A program made the translations under genes and the position numbers. From assembly GCA_963786105.1 (NCBI GenBank), contig CAWAXX010000023.1:160001-224000 (forward strand): DNA of 64,000 bases, read 5' to 3'. Position 1 is the stretch's first letter, and each line of letters opens with the position of its first letter. Under the pieces are notes generated by a model. It searched no databases. It was not told the origin of the DNA and saw nothing but the letters and a program-made list of their open reading frames with translations. This DNA is from Vulcanimicrobiota bacterium (GTDB lineage: Bacteria > Vulcanimicrobiota > Vulcanimicrobiia > Vulcanimicrobiales > Vulcanimicrobiaceae). Of this stretch, positions 18,338-28,481 are shown one piece after another.

Positions 18338-21324
18338 AGTTTATATGCCTCGAGAAAGGAGTGGTATGAGGTCATAGCGCGATCGAATTCGTCGTGGATT
18401 TCTGCAGCCTCGCGGAGGTGCGGCGGTAGCGGCGGACCCTGCGACAGGTTCACGACGCCTAACAGAATCGTGAGGCGCTCGCGCAGCCGGTCGGGTCGCC
18501 ATTGGTCGTCTTCAGAATTGACGATTCGCGACGTGAACTGCGAATAGACGGACTCCAGGGCCCGACGCTGCGCGGCCGGCGCGTGCGGGCGAAGGGCATC
18601 GAGGCGGTTGAGCGCCGCATCGATCGCCGACAGTTCTTCGTCGAGTTGGTGGAGGAATTGGTAACGGGCGACGTATTGCAGCTGGGTCCAGTGCGCGCGT
18701 GGATCCGGTCGAACTTCCAGTTGCCGCTCGGAGGTGTGCGAGCCCGCGTGCAGTCGCACGGCGTAGGTGCCCGGCACGACCATCGGCGCGCTCCACGTTT
18801 TGTTCCAGTCGCGGGCGGCGGTCCACTCGACGATGGGTTGATCGAGCAGATCCCATGCGGTTCGATTGATGCCGGCGTTGCCGGGTGCATCGAACCGGCG
18901 TACGGTCGTGCCGCCGGCGTCGAGGATCTCAATCGACACAGCAACCGGCGCGGGGAGATAGTAGGAGATGAGCGCCCCGTACGGAGCGTCAGTTCCGCTG
19001 AACACACCCGCCGGTACGCAACACTCGTCGTCGTGCGTTCCGTATTGTCCCGACCACCACAGGTACCACGCGTACGCCGGTCTGGGTTGGAACAACGCCG
19101 GTACTCTCGCGGCTTGCGCGGCGGTTAACCCTTCGAGCGGGGTAAGATCGTCGAGGATGTACAGGCCGCGCCCGTGCGTGCCGGCGATCAGATCGACGGT
19201 CGGAGCGACGCGCAGGTCGTGTACGGAGGTCGACGGCATGCCGAGCCGGAGACTCTGCCAGCGAGCGCCACGATCGAACGTCACCCACGCGCCTTGTTCC
19301 AAACCGGCGTAGAGGACGTCGGGATTGCGAGGATCTTCGCGAATGACGTGAGCCGGCTCGTCCGGCGGCAGGCTGCCGGCGATCGGATGCCACGTCTTTC
19401 CGCCGTCATCGGTAGCCAGCACGTACGGCGTCCGGTCGCCCATTGTGTGCCGGTTCACGACCGTGTAGGCGCGGTCGATCGAAACGTGCGAAGGTTCGAC
19501 GGTTTCGACGCGCCCCCAGGGCGGAACGCCTGCGGGCGTGGCGTTTTGCCAGTTCGCTCCGGAGTCGGTCGTGCGCCAAATCAGGCCGTCATCCGTACCG
19601 GCCCAAATGGTTTTCGCATCGATCGGCGATGGTGCGATGTCGAGAAGCGTGTCGTAGAATTCGGCTCCCGAAACGTCGGTGTTGATGGGACCACCGGCCA
19701 CTTGCTGTTTGGCGGGATCGTTACGCGTCAGGTCCGGGCTGATCGCTCGCCACGAGCGCCCGCGGTCGCGAGTTTCGAAGATTACGTTGCCACCGAAGTA
19801 CGCGACGCCGGGTTCGAGTCGCGAGAACGCCAACGGCGCTTCCCAATTGAAGCGATAGGGCAATCCGGTCAGGGCGCGGCCGTTGGTATCGCGCACGTAT
19901 GGCGAGATGTCGTAGTTCTGACGCGAGTTGAGATCGAAAATGCCGAGTTGTCCGTTGAGCTCGTTGATGCCGACGTTCCAAACGGATTGCGGATCGCCCG
20001 GTTCCGGCCAGACGGCCACCCCGTCGGCATCGTTGGCCACGTCCCGCCAGTCGCGGTCGGTCAGCCCGAGCGGGCTCAGGGAGATATTCGGCGCGCAATA
20101 CGAGTCGTCGTCCTGCATCGCCGCGCAGACGTGATACGGATTCTGATCGTCAAAACCGATGTGATAAATCTGCGCAAGATCGACGTTGAACCGCCAATCC
20201 CACGTCTTTCCGCCATCGATCGAAATCGGAGCGCCGCCATCATCGGTTTCGATGATCCGCCGGCCGTCGCGCGAAATCCAAAAGCCGTGGTGATCCTGAT
20301 GCACCGCCGTGGGGATGTCGTTGAAGCTTTTGCCGCCATCGCGCGTCTCGAGCAAGTCTTCGGAAGCAAAGAAGACGTGATCCGCATTGCGCGGATCGAC
20401 CGCAAGCCGGCTGAAGTAGAAAGGCCGCTGATTAATCAGCGTGTCGCGCGACATCATCTTCCAGTGCGCGCCGCCGTCGTCGGAGCGCCACAGGAGGCCA
20501 GAGGCAGACTGGATCAGGGCGTACACACGCTGCGGGTTACTCGGTGAAACCGCGATTCCGATGCGCCCCGTGTCCCCGCCCGGCAACCCGTTGCCCGAGA
20601 GCCGGTGCCAGGTCACCCCGCCGTCGGTCGACTTAAATATGCCGTCCGCAGGTCCGCCGCTAGCGAACGTCCACGGCTTGCGTCGAAACTGCCAAACGCC
20701 GGCGTAAACCACGCGCGGATTGTGCGAATCCCAATCCATGTCGGAAACGCCGCTTTGGGGCCCGGCATACAACGTGTGCCGCCACGTTTTCCCGCCGTCG
20801 GTGGTGCGGTAGACTCCGCGCCGCGCGGAATCTCTAAACGGGTTCCCGAGGGCGCCCACAAGCGCGACGTTAGGATCGTGCGGATCGACCAGAATCTTCG
20901 AAATAGCGTAGGACTCGACGAGGCCTCGCCGGCGCCAATGCGCGCCGCCGTCGCGCGTCAGCCAGATGCCGTCCCCGTACGACGCGTCGTTGCGCGGATT
21001 CGGCTCGCCGGTCCCCACCCACACCACGTTCTTATCCGACGGGGCGATGGCGACGGCGCCGATCGCACCGACCGCGTCGGACGGCCAGACGTCGCGCCAG
21101 GTCAGCCCGCCGTCGGTTGTTTTGAATACGCCTCCCCCTGCCGAACCGAAGTAGTAAAGGTAAGGATCCTCATCCGTTCCGGCGGCGGCCGCGGTGCGAC
21201 CGCCGGCGAGTGCCGGGCCGATGTTGCGCCAGCTCAGGCCCGCCAAAGCGTCGCGGGCTGCGGCCGTTGCCGAGGCGAGCACAACGAACGTCGCAAGCGG
21301 CGCGATCGTGCGCACGAAGCGCAC
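18334..21324 (-). CDS. VPS10/BNR (Asp-box) beta-propeller glycosyl-hydrolase-like secreted protein
   Basis: WRNIGP..GGR and many S/T.DGG.TW repeats. Confidence 0.85.
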   Translation of the reverse strand: MRFVRTIAPLATFVVLASATAAARDALAGLSWRNIGPALAGGRTAAAAGTDEDPYLYYFGSAGGGVFKTTDGGLTWRDVWPSDAVGAIGAVAIAPSDKNVVWVGTGEPNPRNDASYGDGIWLTRDGGAHWRRRGLVESYAISKILVDPHDPNVALVGALGNPFRDSARRGVYRTTDGGKTWRHTLYAGPQSGVSDMDWDSHNPRVVYAGVWQFRRKPWTFASGGPADGIFKSTDGGVTWHRLSGNGLPGGDTGRIGIAVSPSNPQRVYALIQSASGLLWRSDDGGAHWKMMSRDTLINQRPFYFSRLAVDPRNADHVFFASEDLLETRDGGKSFNDIPTAVHQDHHGFWISRDGRRIIETDDGGAPISIDGGKTWDWRFNVDLAQIYHIGFDDQNPYHVCAAMQDDDSYCAPNISLSPLGLTDRDWRDVANDADGVAVWPEPGDPQSVWNVGINELNGQLGIFDLNSRQNYDISPYVRDTNGRALTGLPYRFNWEAPLAFSRLEPGVAYFGGNVIFETRDRGRSWRAISPDLTRNDPAKQQVAGGPINTDVSGAEFYDTLLDIAPSPIDAKTIWAGTDDGLIWRTTDSGANWQNATPAGVPPWGRVETVEPSHVSIDRAYTVVNRHTMGDRTPYVLATDDGGKTWHPIAGSLPPDEPAHVIREDPRNPDVLYAGLEQGAWVTFDRGARWQSLRLGMPSTSVHDLRVAPTVDLIAGTHGRGLYILDDLTPLEGLTAAQAARVPALFQPRPAYAWYLWWSGQYGTHDDECCVPAGVFSGTDAPYGALISYYLPAPVAVSIEILDAGGTTVRRFDAPGNAGINRTAWDLLDQPIVEWTAARDWNKTWSAPMVVPGTYAVRLHAGSHTSERQLEVRPDPRAHWTQLQYVARYQFLHQLDEELSAIDAALNRLDALRPHAPAAQRRALESVYSQFTSRIVNSEDDQWRPDRLRERLTILLGVVNLSQGPPLPPHLREAAEIHDEFDRAMTSYHSFLEAYKL

Positions 21325-21325
21325 G

Positions 21326-22444
21326 CTACGGCGGCGCGCCTATCACGTGCTGGTAGTGGCGATCGAAGGCGCCCAACAGACCTTCCGCATTCGAATACGG
21401 CCCCGGCGCGTAGGCGCGCGATTTCAGCCCTAGCTGCGTGAGTTCGCTGACGTGCCAATCTTGCCGATTGGTCACGTCCCAAAAATCGACGGCATCGCTC
21501 GGATCGAAGTGCGGAACCTCCATGGTGGCGGGGTCGAAGAGCCAAGTACACGCGACGTGCGTGCGATCGATGGCCAACGGCTTGACGTAGTGAACCATAA
21601 CGTAGTCGGCGTGCAGGCTGAGGAGCATCGAAGGAAAGATCGTGTAGTAGTAGATGCGATCGAGGTCTTCGCCATCGACGCGCCCGAGCGGCGGGCGCGT
21701 CGTGTGTCCGGTAATGGTGAGGCTGGCGGCGTGCGAGCGCAGCTCCGAATATCCGCCGAGCACCGGGCCGTCCGTCAAATCGTTCCGCCCGCTATCCGAA
21801 GGTGAGAGCTTGTCGAGCTGCGGGTGCACCAGCGGACAGTGATAGCATTCAGAATAATTTTGAAAGACGAGTTTCCAGTTGCACGCGATGTCGTACTCGA
21901 TGGTTCGGCCCGTCCTCAACCGCCCGAGATCCCATTGCGTAAAGCGTCCGATCAACGGCGAAAGCGCGCGTTCGAACGGCTCCGGATCGCGCGCGAGGTT
22001 GACGAAGATGAAGCCTTCCCAGTCGGCAACGGCCGCTTCGTGGAGCGAGTAGTCGCGGCGGTCGAAGCCCGTCACCTCCGCCATGTTACGGGCGGCGTTG
22101 AGGGCGCCGTCGAGACCGTACGTCCAAGCGTGGTACGGACACTGGATCGACCCTTGGAAACGTCCGGAGCGCTGCTCGCAAAGCCGGGTACCGCGATGCC
22201 GGCATACGTTGTAGAAGGCGTGCACGCTACTGGAGCGATCGCGAGTCACGATGAGGCTTTCGCCCGCAACCTCGATGGTGAAAAAATCGCCGGGATTCGC
22301 GATCCAGTCCAACCGTCCGGCGCCGATCCAGCACCGCGCAAAAATCCGTTCGCGTTCGTTGACGAAGTTTTCCGGAGATACGTACGAGCTCGCTGGAAGC
22401 GTCTTGGCCCCGTGCGCGACGGCGGGTCTCGTGAAGGCGCTCAT
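21326..22444 (-). CDS. Rieske non-heme iron oxygenase alpha subunit (GbcA/choline-monooxygenase-like)
   Basis: CRH...CPYH Rieske motif; ECYHC.LVH and QD mononuclear Fe ligands. Confidence 0.9.
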   Translation of the reverse strand: MSAFTRPAVAHGAKTLPASSYVSPENFVNERERIFARCWIGAGRLDWIANPGDFFTIEVAGESLIVTRDRSSSVHAFYNVCRHRGTRLCEQRSGRFQGSIQCPYHAWTYGLDGALNAARNMAEVTGFDRRDYSLHEAAVADWEGFIFVNLARDPEPFERALSPLIGRFTQWDLGRLRTGRTIEYDIACNWKLVFQNYSECYHCPLVHPQLDKLSPSDSGRNDLTDGPVLGGYSELRSHAASLTITGHTTRPPLGRVDGEDLDRIYYYTIFPSMLLSLHADYVMVHYVKPLAIDRTHVACTWLFDPATMEVPHFDPSDAVDFWDVTNRQDWHVSELTQLGLKSRAYAPGPYSNAEGLLGAFDRHYQHVIGAPP

Positions 22445-22560
22445 GGATGTACCTCCTGCCGCCGAGGGTTCCGCCGCGTTTGTCAGAATCCCCTGTGGAA
22501 CAGCGATTTATTTGGCGTTCTTTCTAGAAGACCGTCGAAGCCTTCGGGAGTGTCCCGCAA

Positions 22561-23718
22561 TTGGCCGAACGAGAACCTCCTCAGACAATCACCGGCTGCA
22601 ACCGCCTCGAGGCTTCGCTTCCGCGTGCCGCTTACGTCGATTCGGACTTTTTCGAGCGGGAGCGTCGCGCGATTTTTTGGGATCAGTGGTTTTATGCCGG
22701 CAGAGCGGAGACGCTGGACCGCATCGGTGCGTTTGCGGTTGTTGACGTGGCCGGCGAAAGCGCCGTCATCGTGCGCGGCCAGGATGGACTGCACGCCCAT
22801 CTCAATTTCTGCCGCCATCGCGGTAGCCGGCTGCTGTGCGGAACCGGTTTCGTACGCGGCGCGATTCGATGTCCGTATCACGGGTGGACGTACGCGTTCG
22901 ACGGCACGCTGATCGCGACGCCGTTCGTCGCATACGACGAGGTCCCCGCACAGGCCCGGCGCCTGCACTCGGTGGGTCTCGAATGTTGGGGCGGCTTCAT
23001 GTTTCTTAACTTCTCGCCTGAGGATGCACGACGCGAAAACCGGACGTTAGCGGCGCAGCTGGGAGCGATCCCGGGCAGGCTCGCACGCTATCCGCTCAAG
23101 CAACTACGGATCGGCCATTCGATTCGATACGATGTGGCGGCCAACTGGAAAGTGATGCTCGAAAACTACAACGAGTGCTATCACTGCGCGGGCGTGCATC
23201 CCGAACTTTGCCGGGTCGTGCCGGCATTCAAGCATCGCGGCGGCACCGGCCTCGATTGGGAGCGAGGCATTCCGCATCGTGACGGCGCGTGGACGTTTAG
23301 CTGGAGCGGGACGAGTGCGCGGGCGCCGTTCCCGGAGCTTGACGACGACGAGCGGGTGCGCCACAAAGGTGAATTGATCTATCCTAATTTCATGCTGAGC
23401 CTATCGGCCGATCACGTCGCGGCATTTTCGCTCTGGCCACAGCGTCCCGATGGCACGACCATTGTCTGCGATTTTCTGTTCGATACACGCGAGATGGCAA
23501 AACCTGGCTTCGACCCGTCCGACGCCGTCGAGTTCTGGGATCTCGTCAACCGGCAAGACTGGGCCATTTGCGAAAGCGTTCAAGCGGGAATGCGTTCGCG
23601 TACCTTTCGTCACGGCTACTACGCGCCGATGGAAGATTCGAGCCTCGACATCCGGCGCTACGTGACCGCTCGCCTTGGCGCAGACGCCGTCGCAGTCGAC
23701 CGCGGGAGCGATGGGTGA
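22561..23718 (+). CDS. Rieske non-heme iron oxygenase alpha subunit, paralog of the divergent gene
   Basis: CRH...CPYH; ECYHCAGVH; FDPSDAV.FWD..NRQDW shared with 21326..22444. Confidence 0.9.
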   Translation: MAEREPPQTITGCNRLEASLPRAAYVDSDFFERERRAIFWDQWFYAGRAETLDRIGAFAVVDVAGESAVIVRGQDGLHAHLNFCRHRGSRLLCGTGFVRGAIRCPYHGWTYAFDGTLIATPFVAYDEVPAQARRLHSVGLECWGGFMFLNFSPEDARRENRTLAAQLGAIPGRLARYPLKQLRIGHSIRYDVAANWKVMLENYNECYHCAGVHPELCRVVPAFKHRGGTGLDWERGIPHRDGAWTFSWSGTSARAPFPELDDDERVRHKGELIYPNFMLSLSADHVAAFSLWPQRPDGTTIVCDFLFDTREMAKPGFDPSDAVEFWDLVNRQDWAICESVQAGMRSRTFRHGYYAPMEDSSLDIRRYVTARLGADAVAVDRGSDG

Positions 23719-24884
23719 CATCCGACTTCGACGTCATCGTGCTCGGTTTGGGCGGCATCGGAAGCGCCGCGGCCTACTGGCTGACCAAGCGCGGCGCGCG
23801 AGTGCTCGGTTTGGAACAGTTCGAACTCGGACACGCCCGAGGCGAATCGCACGACCATTCGCGCATCATCCGGCTGTCGTACGTTACACCGGCATACGTA
23901 CGTCTGGCAAAGGAAGCCTACGACGCGTGGGAGTCGTTGGAACGCGACTCGGGCGAGCAGCTGGTGTTCCGAACCGGCGGTTTGGACCTCGGCCCCCGCG
24001 ACGGCGCCATCCCACTCGATGGATATGCGAACGCGATGCGTGCGTGCGGCGTTCCCTTCGAACGGCTCGACGCGTCGCAGATTCGCACGCGTTGGCCGGC
24101 GTTCGAGATTGCCGACGACGTGCAGGGCCTCTTCCAAAAGGACGGCGGCATCGTCGCGGCCGAGCGGGCGACCGCTGCGCATCAACGCACGGCCGCCGGG
24201 CTCGGCGCGGTACTGCGGGAAAGCGCACCGGTGACGCTCGTGCGCGAGACGAGCGGAGGCGCGATCGAAGTCGAAGCCGGCGGCCAACGTTATCGCGGAG
24301 CGAAGCTGGTCGTCGCGGCCGGACCGTGGAGCTCGCGCATCCTGCAGTGGCTCGATAGGCGGCTTCCGCTCGAGGTGACCAAGGAGCAGGCGATGTATTT
24401 CGAGGCGCGAGACCTCGAGCGTTTCGCGTTCGGACGTTTTCCGGTGTGGATTTGGATGGACGCCCCATCGTTTTACGGGTTTCCGGTTTTTGGTGAGGCC
24501 GGCGCGGTGAAAGTCACCCAAGATGCCGGCGGACAGGCGGTCGATCCCGACACGCGCACTTTCGACGAAGATCCCGAAATCACTAAACGGGTCACGGAGT
24601 TTCTGACGCGCGTTTTGCCGGGTGCGATCGGCCCGAGTCGAATCGTCAAGACGTGTCTCTACACCCTTACCCCGGATCGCGACTTCGTGATCGACCGTTT
24701 GCCGGAGCATCCGAACGTTAGCATCGCAATCGGCGCCGGCCACGCATTCAAGTTCGCGTCGCTCATCGGGCGCATTCTCGGCGAGCTCGCGCTGGGTGGA
24801 TCGACGTCGAGCGATATCGGCGGGTTTGCAATCGACCGCCCTATCCTCCAGATGGAAGCACCACCAAAAACGTACATGGTCTGA
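23715..24884 (+). CDS. solA: monomeric sarcosine oxidase / N-methyl-L-tryptophan oxidase family
   Basis: GLGGIGSA, SHDHSRIIR, CLYTLTPD (covalent-FAD Cys), GHAFKF; GTG overlaps the upstream stop. Confidence 0.85.
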   Translation: MTSDFDVIVLGLGGIGSAAAYWLTKRGARVLGLEQFELGHARGESHDHSRIIRLSYVTPAYVRLAKEAYDAWESLERDSGEQLVFRTGGLDLGPRDGAIPLDGYANAMRACGVPFERLDASQIRTRWPAFEIADDVQGLFQKDGGIVAAERATAAHQRTAAGLGAVLRESAPVTLVRETSGGAIEVEAGGQRYRGAKLVVAAGPWSSRILQWLDRRLPLEVTKEQAMYFEARDLERFAFGRFPVWIWMDAPSFYGFPVFGEAGAVKVTQDAGGQAVDPDTRTFDEDPEITKRVTEFLTRVLPGAIGPSRIVKTCLYTLTPDRDFVIDRLPEHPNVSIAIGAGHAFKFASLIGRILGELALGGSTSSDIGGFAIDRPILQMEAPPKTYMV

Positions 24885-24900
24885 ATGAAGAGCGGGCATC

Positions 24901-25443
24901 ATGGGCGAAGTGCAGTCGAACGTGAGACCCACGCGCTTAGTCGCCCTGTTCGTATTGCTGGCTATCGTCGTCGCCGGTACGTGGTACTACCTCTCACATC
25001 GGCCGCGAGGCGTGGGCGACACGTTAACCGTTTATTACACGAAGATCGACGGAACGACGCTCGGCAACCTGAGCGTCTCTTTACGTCCGCAGCAACCTGG
25101 AGAAAGTGCAGCCGAGCACGTGCGCAATGCCGCGCTGTACGCGGCCGTGCAAGCGATCGCCGGGCCGCCGAGCGACGTGCAGGCGATCCGCTTTCCCCCC
25201 GGAACGCGCGTGAACGGCGCTACCGTTACCGGATCGACGGCGACCGTCGACCTTTCGAAGGACGTAGAACGTCAGGCTGGGGGAACCTTCGGAGAGAACG
25301 GCGAGTTCAAGGCGCTCGCGTATACGGTGACCGGCATTCCGGGAATCGACGCGATGAAGGTCACGATCGAAGGTCAAACGCTGCCCACGCTGCCCGGGGG
25401 ACACCTTGAGCTGGATGAACCGCTCCATCGCTCGGATTTTTAG
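24901..25443 (+). CDS. GerMN domain protein
   Basis: N-terminal TM helix; AGP...FPPGTRV....V.G.TATVDLS; YTVT. Confidence 0.8.
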   Translation: MGEVQSNVRPTRLVALFVLLAIVVAGTWYYLSHRPRGVGDTLTVYYTKIDGTTLGNLSVSLRPQQPGESAAEHVRNAALYAAVQAIAGPPSDVQAIRFPPGTRVNGATVTGSTATVDLSKDVERQAGGTFGENGEFKALAYTVTGIPGIDAMKVTIEGQTLPTLPGGHLELDEPLHRSDF

Positions 25444-27331
25444 GCTGCTGCTCGTCGCAGCGCTGTCGACCGCCGCTTTTGCGTTGCCGGCGAGGGCCGA
25501 CGCGCCGATCAAGGCCTCGTACGGACAGCAGTCGATCCTGTTCTCGCACCTTTCGAACACCGGCGGCGCGACGGCGGTGGGCATCAACGATGCCGGTCTT
25601 CGAACGCTGTTGCGTGCGACCGGTGCGGTCGTTACCTGGAGGCCGGGCGACCGCTACGTCTTGATTACGACTTCTGCGCCGGTCGTCGTGAGTTTTGCCA
25701 TCGGCGACCGGCGGTACGACATCGGACCGATCGGCCTCCAAGCGACCATCGCTCCGTACGTGCAGGGCGACGAAGCCTACCTTCCGCTGAACGAATTGTT
25801 GCGATCGCTCGATTTGGCCCTTCGCCAGGACGGTGCCACGGCCGTGCTTCAGCCGCAACTCGATTCACTCGACGTGCGCGCGTCGGGCAACCGCGCCGAC
25901 GTGATCGCGCATGCGGGCGCGCCGCTGCGGCCACGCATCGTTCAAGACGGCCAGGGTTCGGTTACCTACGAGTTCGACGGGGTTGGGACGACCCTCACCG
26001 GCACGCGCAACGTCAATTCGGGCGGCATTCGAACGCTGCAAATCTCGCAAACCGGAACGGTTCGCGCGCCGAAGACGATCGTCACCGTGCAACTGATGCC
26101 GGGAGCGGTCCACGAGACGCCGCGCAGCAACAACGAACGCGACGTGGAGATCGCGTTCGACGTCTCAGGTTCGCCGACTCAACCGCAAGCGCAGGCTCAA
26201 ACCATGCCGCAACAGGCGCCGAGCGTTTCGGGAGAATCGCAAACGAACGCGGCGCCCGCGGCGCCGGGCCCGGCAACGGTCACCGCGGTGACCGTCACTC
26301 CCAGCGCCGACGGGTTCACCGTCGCCATCGCCATCGACGGCAACGCCAGCTTCGAATGGCATCGGTTACGCGATCCGGACAATCGTCTTTGGGTCGACGT
26401 CAAGGGGGCGGTGCTTCAAGGGCCGCCGATCGATACGGCAGAGCCGGCACCGCTCGGAGCGCTGCGCGTCCGCCAAATCGACCCAACGACCGTGCGTGTG
26501 GCGCTGTCGCTCGCCGGGCCGAAATCGCTGATCGTCACTCCCGCTGCCAACGGGTTGTATCTCGCGGTCGGCCGCGCCGACGTCGCCGACGTACCTCGCA
26601 GCGGAAGCGGTAGCGTCGGCACGGTGATTGCGTCGGGCGAACAAACCGCGCTGGTCACGCCCGCGCCGATCGATCAGTCCGGCGCTTCGTCGAGTGACGA
26701 CGGCGACACGGGCTGGAAGTTCGGTCCGCGTAGCACGTACGTCCCAACCAACCCGCGATTGATCGTCATCGATCCGGGACACGGGGGCAGCGACCGCGGT
26801 GCAGCACGCGGCGGAACGTCGGAGGCCGATGTCACCCTCGACATGGCCAAGCGCTTGCGCAGCATTCTGATTTCACGGGGCTGGCAAGTGAGGATGACGC
26901 GCGATACCGACGTCGACGTCTACGCGCCCAACGATAGCGCCCACGACGAACTGCAGGCGCGCGTCAACGTTGCCAACGGCGCGGGTGCGCGGCTCTTCAT
27001 CAGCATTCATGCCAACAGCTTCATCAACTCCGGACCGTACGGCACGACGTGTTACATTTCGAAGTCGAACGACCTCGCCTTGGCGCGCCTCATCGAACGG
27101 GAGCTAGCTTCCGACGGTACCAAGGACGACGGCATCGTCAAGAGTCATCTCTACGTCACGCTGCACACCCTCATGCCGGCGGTGCTCATCGAAACCGCCT
27201 TCCTTTCAAACCCCAGCGATCTCGCGCTCCTGACGTCACCCGAATGGCGCCAGCGGGTCGCGCAATCGATTGCCGACGGAATCGATCAATACAACCGGCA
27301 ATATCCCGCCTCCAACCAACCCGCCCAATAA
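25415..27331 (+). CDS. N-acetylmuramoyl-L-alanine amidase (Amidase_3) with AMIN-like N-terminal domains
   Basis: Signal peptide; IDPGHGG, E, FISIHAN, PAVLIETAFLSN. Confidence 0.9.
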   Translation: MNRSIARIFRLLLVAALSTAAFALPARADAPIKASYGQQSILFSHLSNTGGATAVGINDAGLRTLLRATGAVVTWRPGDRYVLITTSAPVVVSFAIGDRRYDIGPIGLQATIAPYVQGDEAYLPLNELLRSLDLALRQDGATAVLQPQLDSLDVRASGNRADVIAHAGAPLRPRIVQDGQGSVTYEFDGVGTTLTGTRNVNSGGIRTLQISQTGTVRAPKTIVTVQLMPGAVHETPRSNNERDVEIAFDVSGSPTQPQAQAQTMPQQAPSVSGESQTNAAPAAPGPATVTAVTVTPSADGFTVAIAIDGNASFEWHRLRDPDNRLWVDVKGAVLQGPPIDTAEPAPLGALRVRQIDPTTVRVALSLAGPKSLIVTPAANGLYLAVGRADVADVPRSGSGSVGTVIASGEQTALVTPAPIDQSGASSSDDGDTGWKFGPRSTYVPTNPRLIVIDPGHGGSDRGAARGGTSEADVTLDMAKRLRSILISRGWQVRMTRDTDVDVYAPNDSAHDELQARVNVANGAGARLFISIHANSFINSGPYGTTCYISKSNDLALARLIERELASDGTKDDGIVKSHLYVTLHTLMPAVLIETAFLSNPSDLALLTSPEWRQRVAQSIADGIDQYNRQYPASNQPAQ

Positions 27332-27337
27332 GGGCCG

Positions 27338-27648
27338 GTGTCATCCTGAGCGGAGCGAGCCGTGTCTCCCTGAGCGGAGCGAGCGCAGCGAGCGCAGTCG
27401 AAGCACCACGTTGTCATCCTGAGCGGAGCGAGCGCAGCGAGCGCAGTCGAAGGACGCTGCGGATTCGAGCGGCGTGGCACTCTCGGGACGTTCGCGTTTT
27501 CGCGTCCGTGCGAAAACGCTACTCGGCTGGCTCGTCGCTCTCGGCGTCCGTGCCTTCGCTCCTCGTCCAGACGCCCTCGAGTGCCACGCCGCTCGAATCC
27601 GCAGCGTCCTTCGACTGCGACGCTTCGCGCCTCCGCTGGGGATGACAC
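27338..27648. repeat. structured intergenic repeat, copy 2: three stacked left modules, 28-bp perfect arms, 96-nt core and a right module
   Basis: Arms 27455-27482 and 27579-27606; core 27483-27578; left modules begin at 27338, 27362 and 27412. Confidence 0.92.
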
Positions 27649-27674
27649 CTCTCGTCCAGATGACGATGGCATAG

Positions 27675-28481
27675 ATGATCGGACTGTTTGATTCGGGCTT
27701 AGGCGGACTCACGGTAATCCAGCGCATCCGCGAGCGTCTACCCGGCGCGGACATCGTGTTTTTTGCGGATCAGGCGCACGTTCCGTACGGCGACCGGGAG
27801 CCCGAAGACTTGTTCGCGCTGCTGCGAGCGAATCTGGCGTGGCTCGACGAAGCGAACGTCGATGCGATCGTGATGGCGTGCAACACGTCGTGCGCGATCG
27901 CCGAACGTTACGGGTGGCCGTCGACTCGCGCGCCGGTTCTCGATCTCATCGACTCGGCTGCGACCGCCGTGCAACGCGCCGGATACCGACGGCTCGGCGT
28001 GGTTGCTACCGCTGCCACCGTAAGTGCGGGTTCGTACGGTCGAACCTTACGCTCGGCCGTTCCGGGCGTCGAAGTGTGGGAAGTCGCAGCCCCAAAACTC
28101 GTTCCAATGATCGAAGAGGGGATCGTCGCCGGCGATGAAGCCCGCATCTCGGTCGAGGCCGTCTGCCGCGCGTTGCCGGAGGACCTGGATGCCGTGATTT
28201 ACGGGTGCACGCATTACCCGGTGCTTGGCCGGCAATTCAGGGCCGCACTCGGAAACGACGTCGCCCTGATCGATCCCGCGGTGATGCAATCCGAGCGGGC
28301 CGCCGCGCTCCTGCACGATCGCGAGCCGCTCGAAGAAACCGGAGCGACCCGTTACGTCACGTCCGGTAATCCGGCCGCATTCGAAGCCAACATCGTGCGA
28401 ATCATGGGCGAGCGTTCGCCGCACGTGGAGTCGGTCACAGACGGCCCACGTGAAAGAGGGAGAAGAAGAGCATCGTCGTGA
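27675..28481 (+). CDS. murI: glutamate racemase
   Basis: IGLFDSGLGGLTV, PYG, ACNTS, GCTHYP. Confidence 0.95.
   Translation: MIGLFDSGLGGLTVIQRIRERLPGADIVFFADQAHVPYGDREPEDLFALLRANLAWLDEANVDAIVMACNTSCAIAERYGWPSTRAPVLDLIDSAATAVQRAGYRRLGVVATAATVSAGSYGRTLRSAVPGVEVWEVAAPKLVPMIEEGIVAGDEARISVEAVCRALPEDLDAVIYGCTHYPVLGRQFRAALGNDVALIDPAVMQSERAAALLHDREPLEETGATRYVTSGNPAAFEANIVRIMGERSPHVESVTDGPRERGRRRASS

Noticed and set aside
27338..27454. Stacked GTCATCCTGAGC units as a CRISPR array
   Set aside because: Units are unequal, separated by few or no bases, dispersed across the window, and there are no cas genes.
27286..27754. ORFs across the repeat copies (also 3919..4146 and 38452..38837) sharing RKRERPE or CENATRL peptides
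   Set aside because: The similarity comes from the DNA repeat; starts, stops and frames differ between copies.
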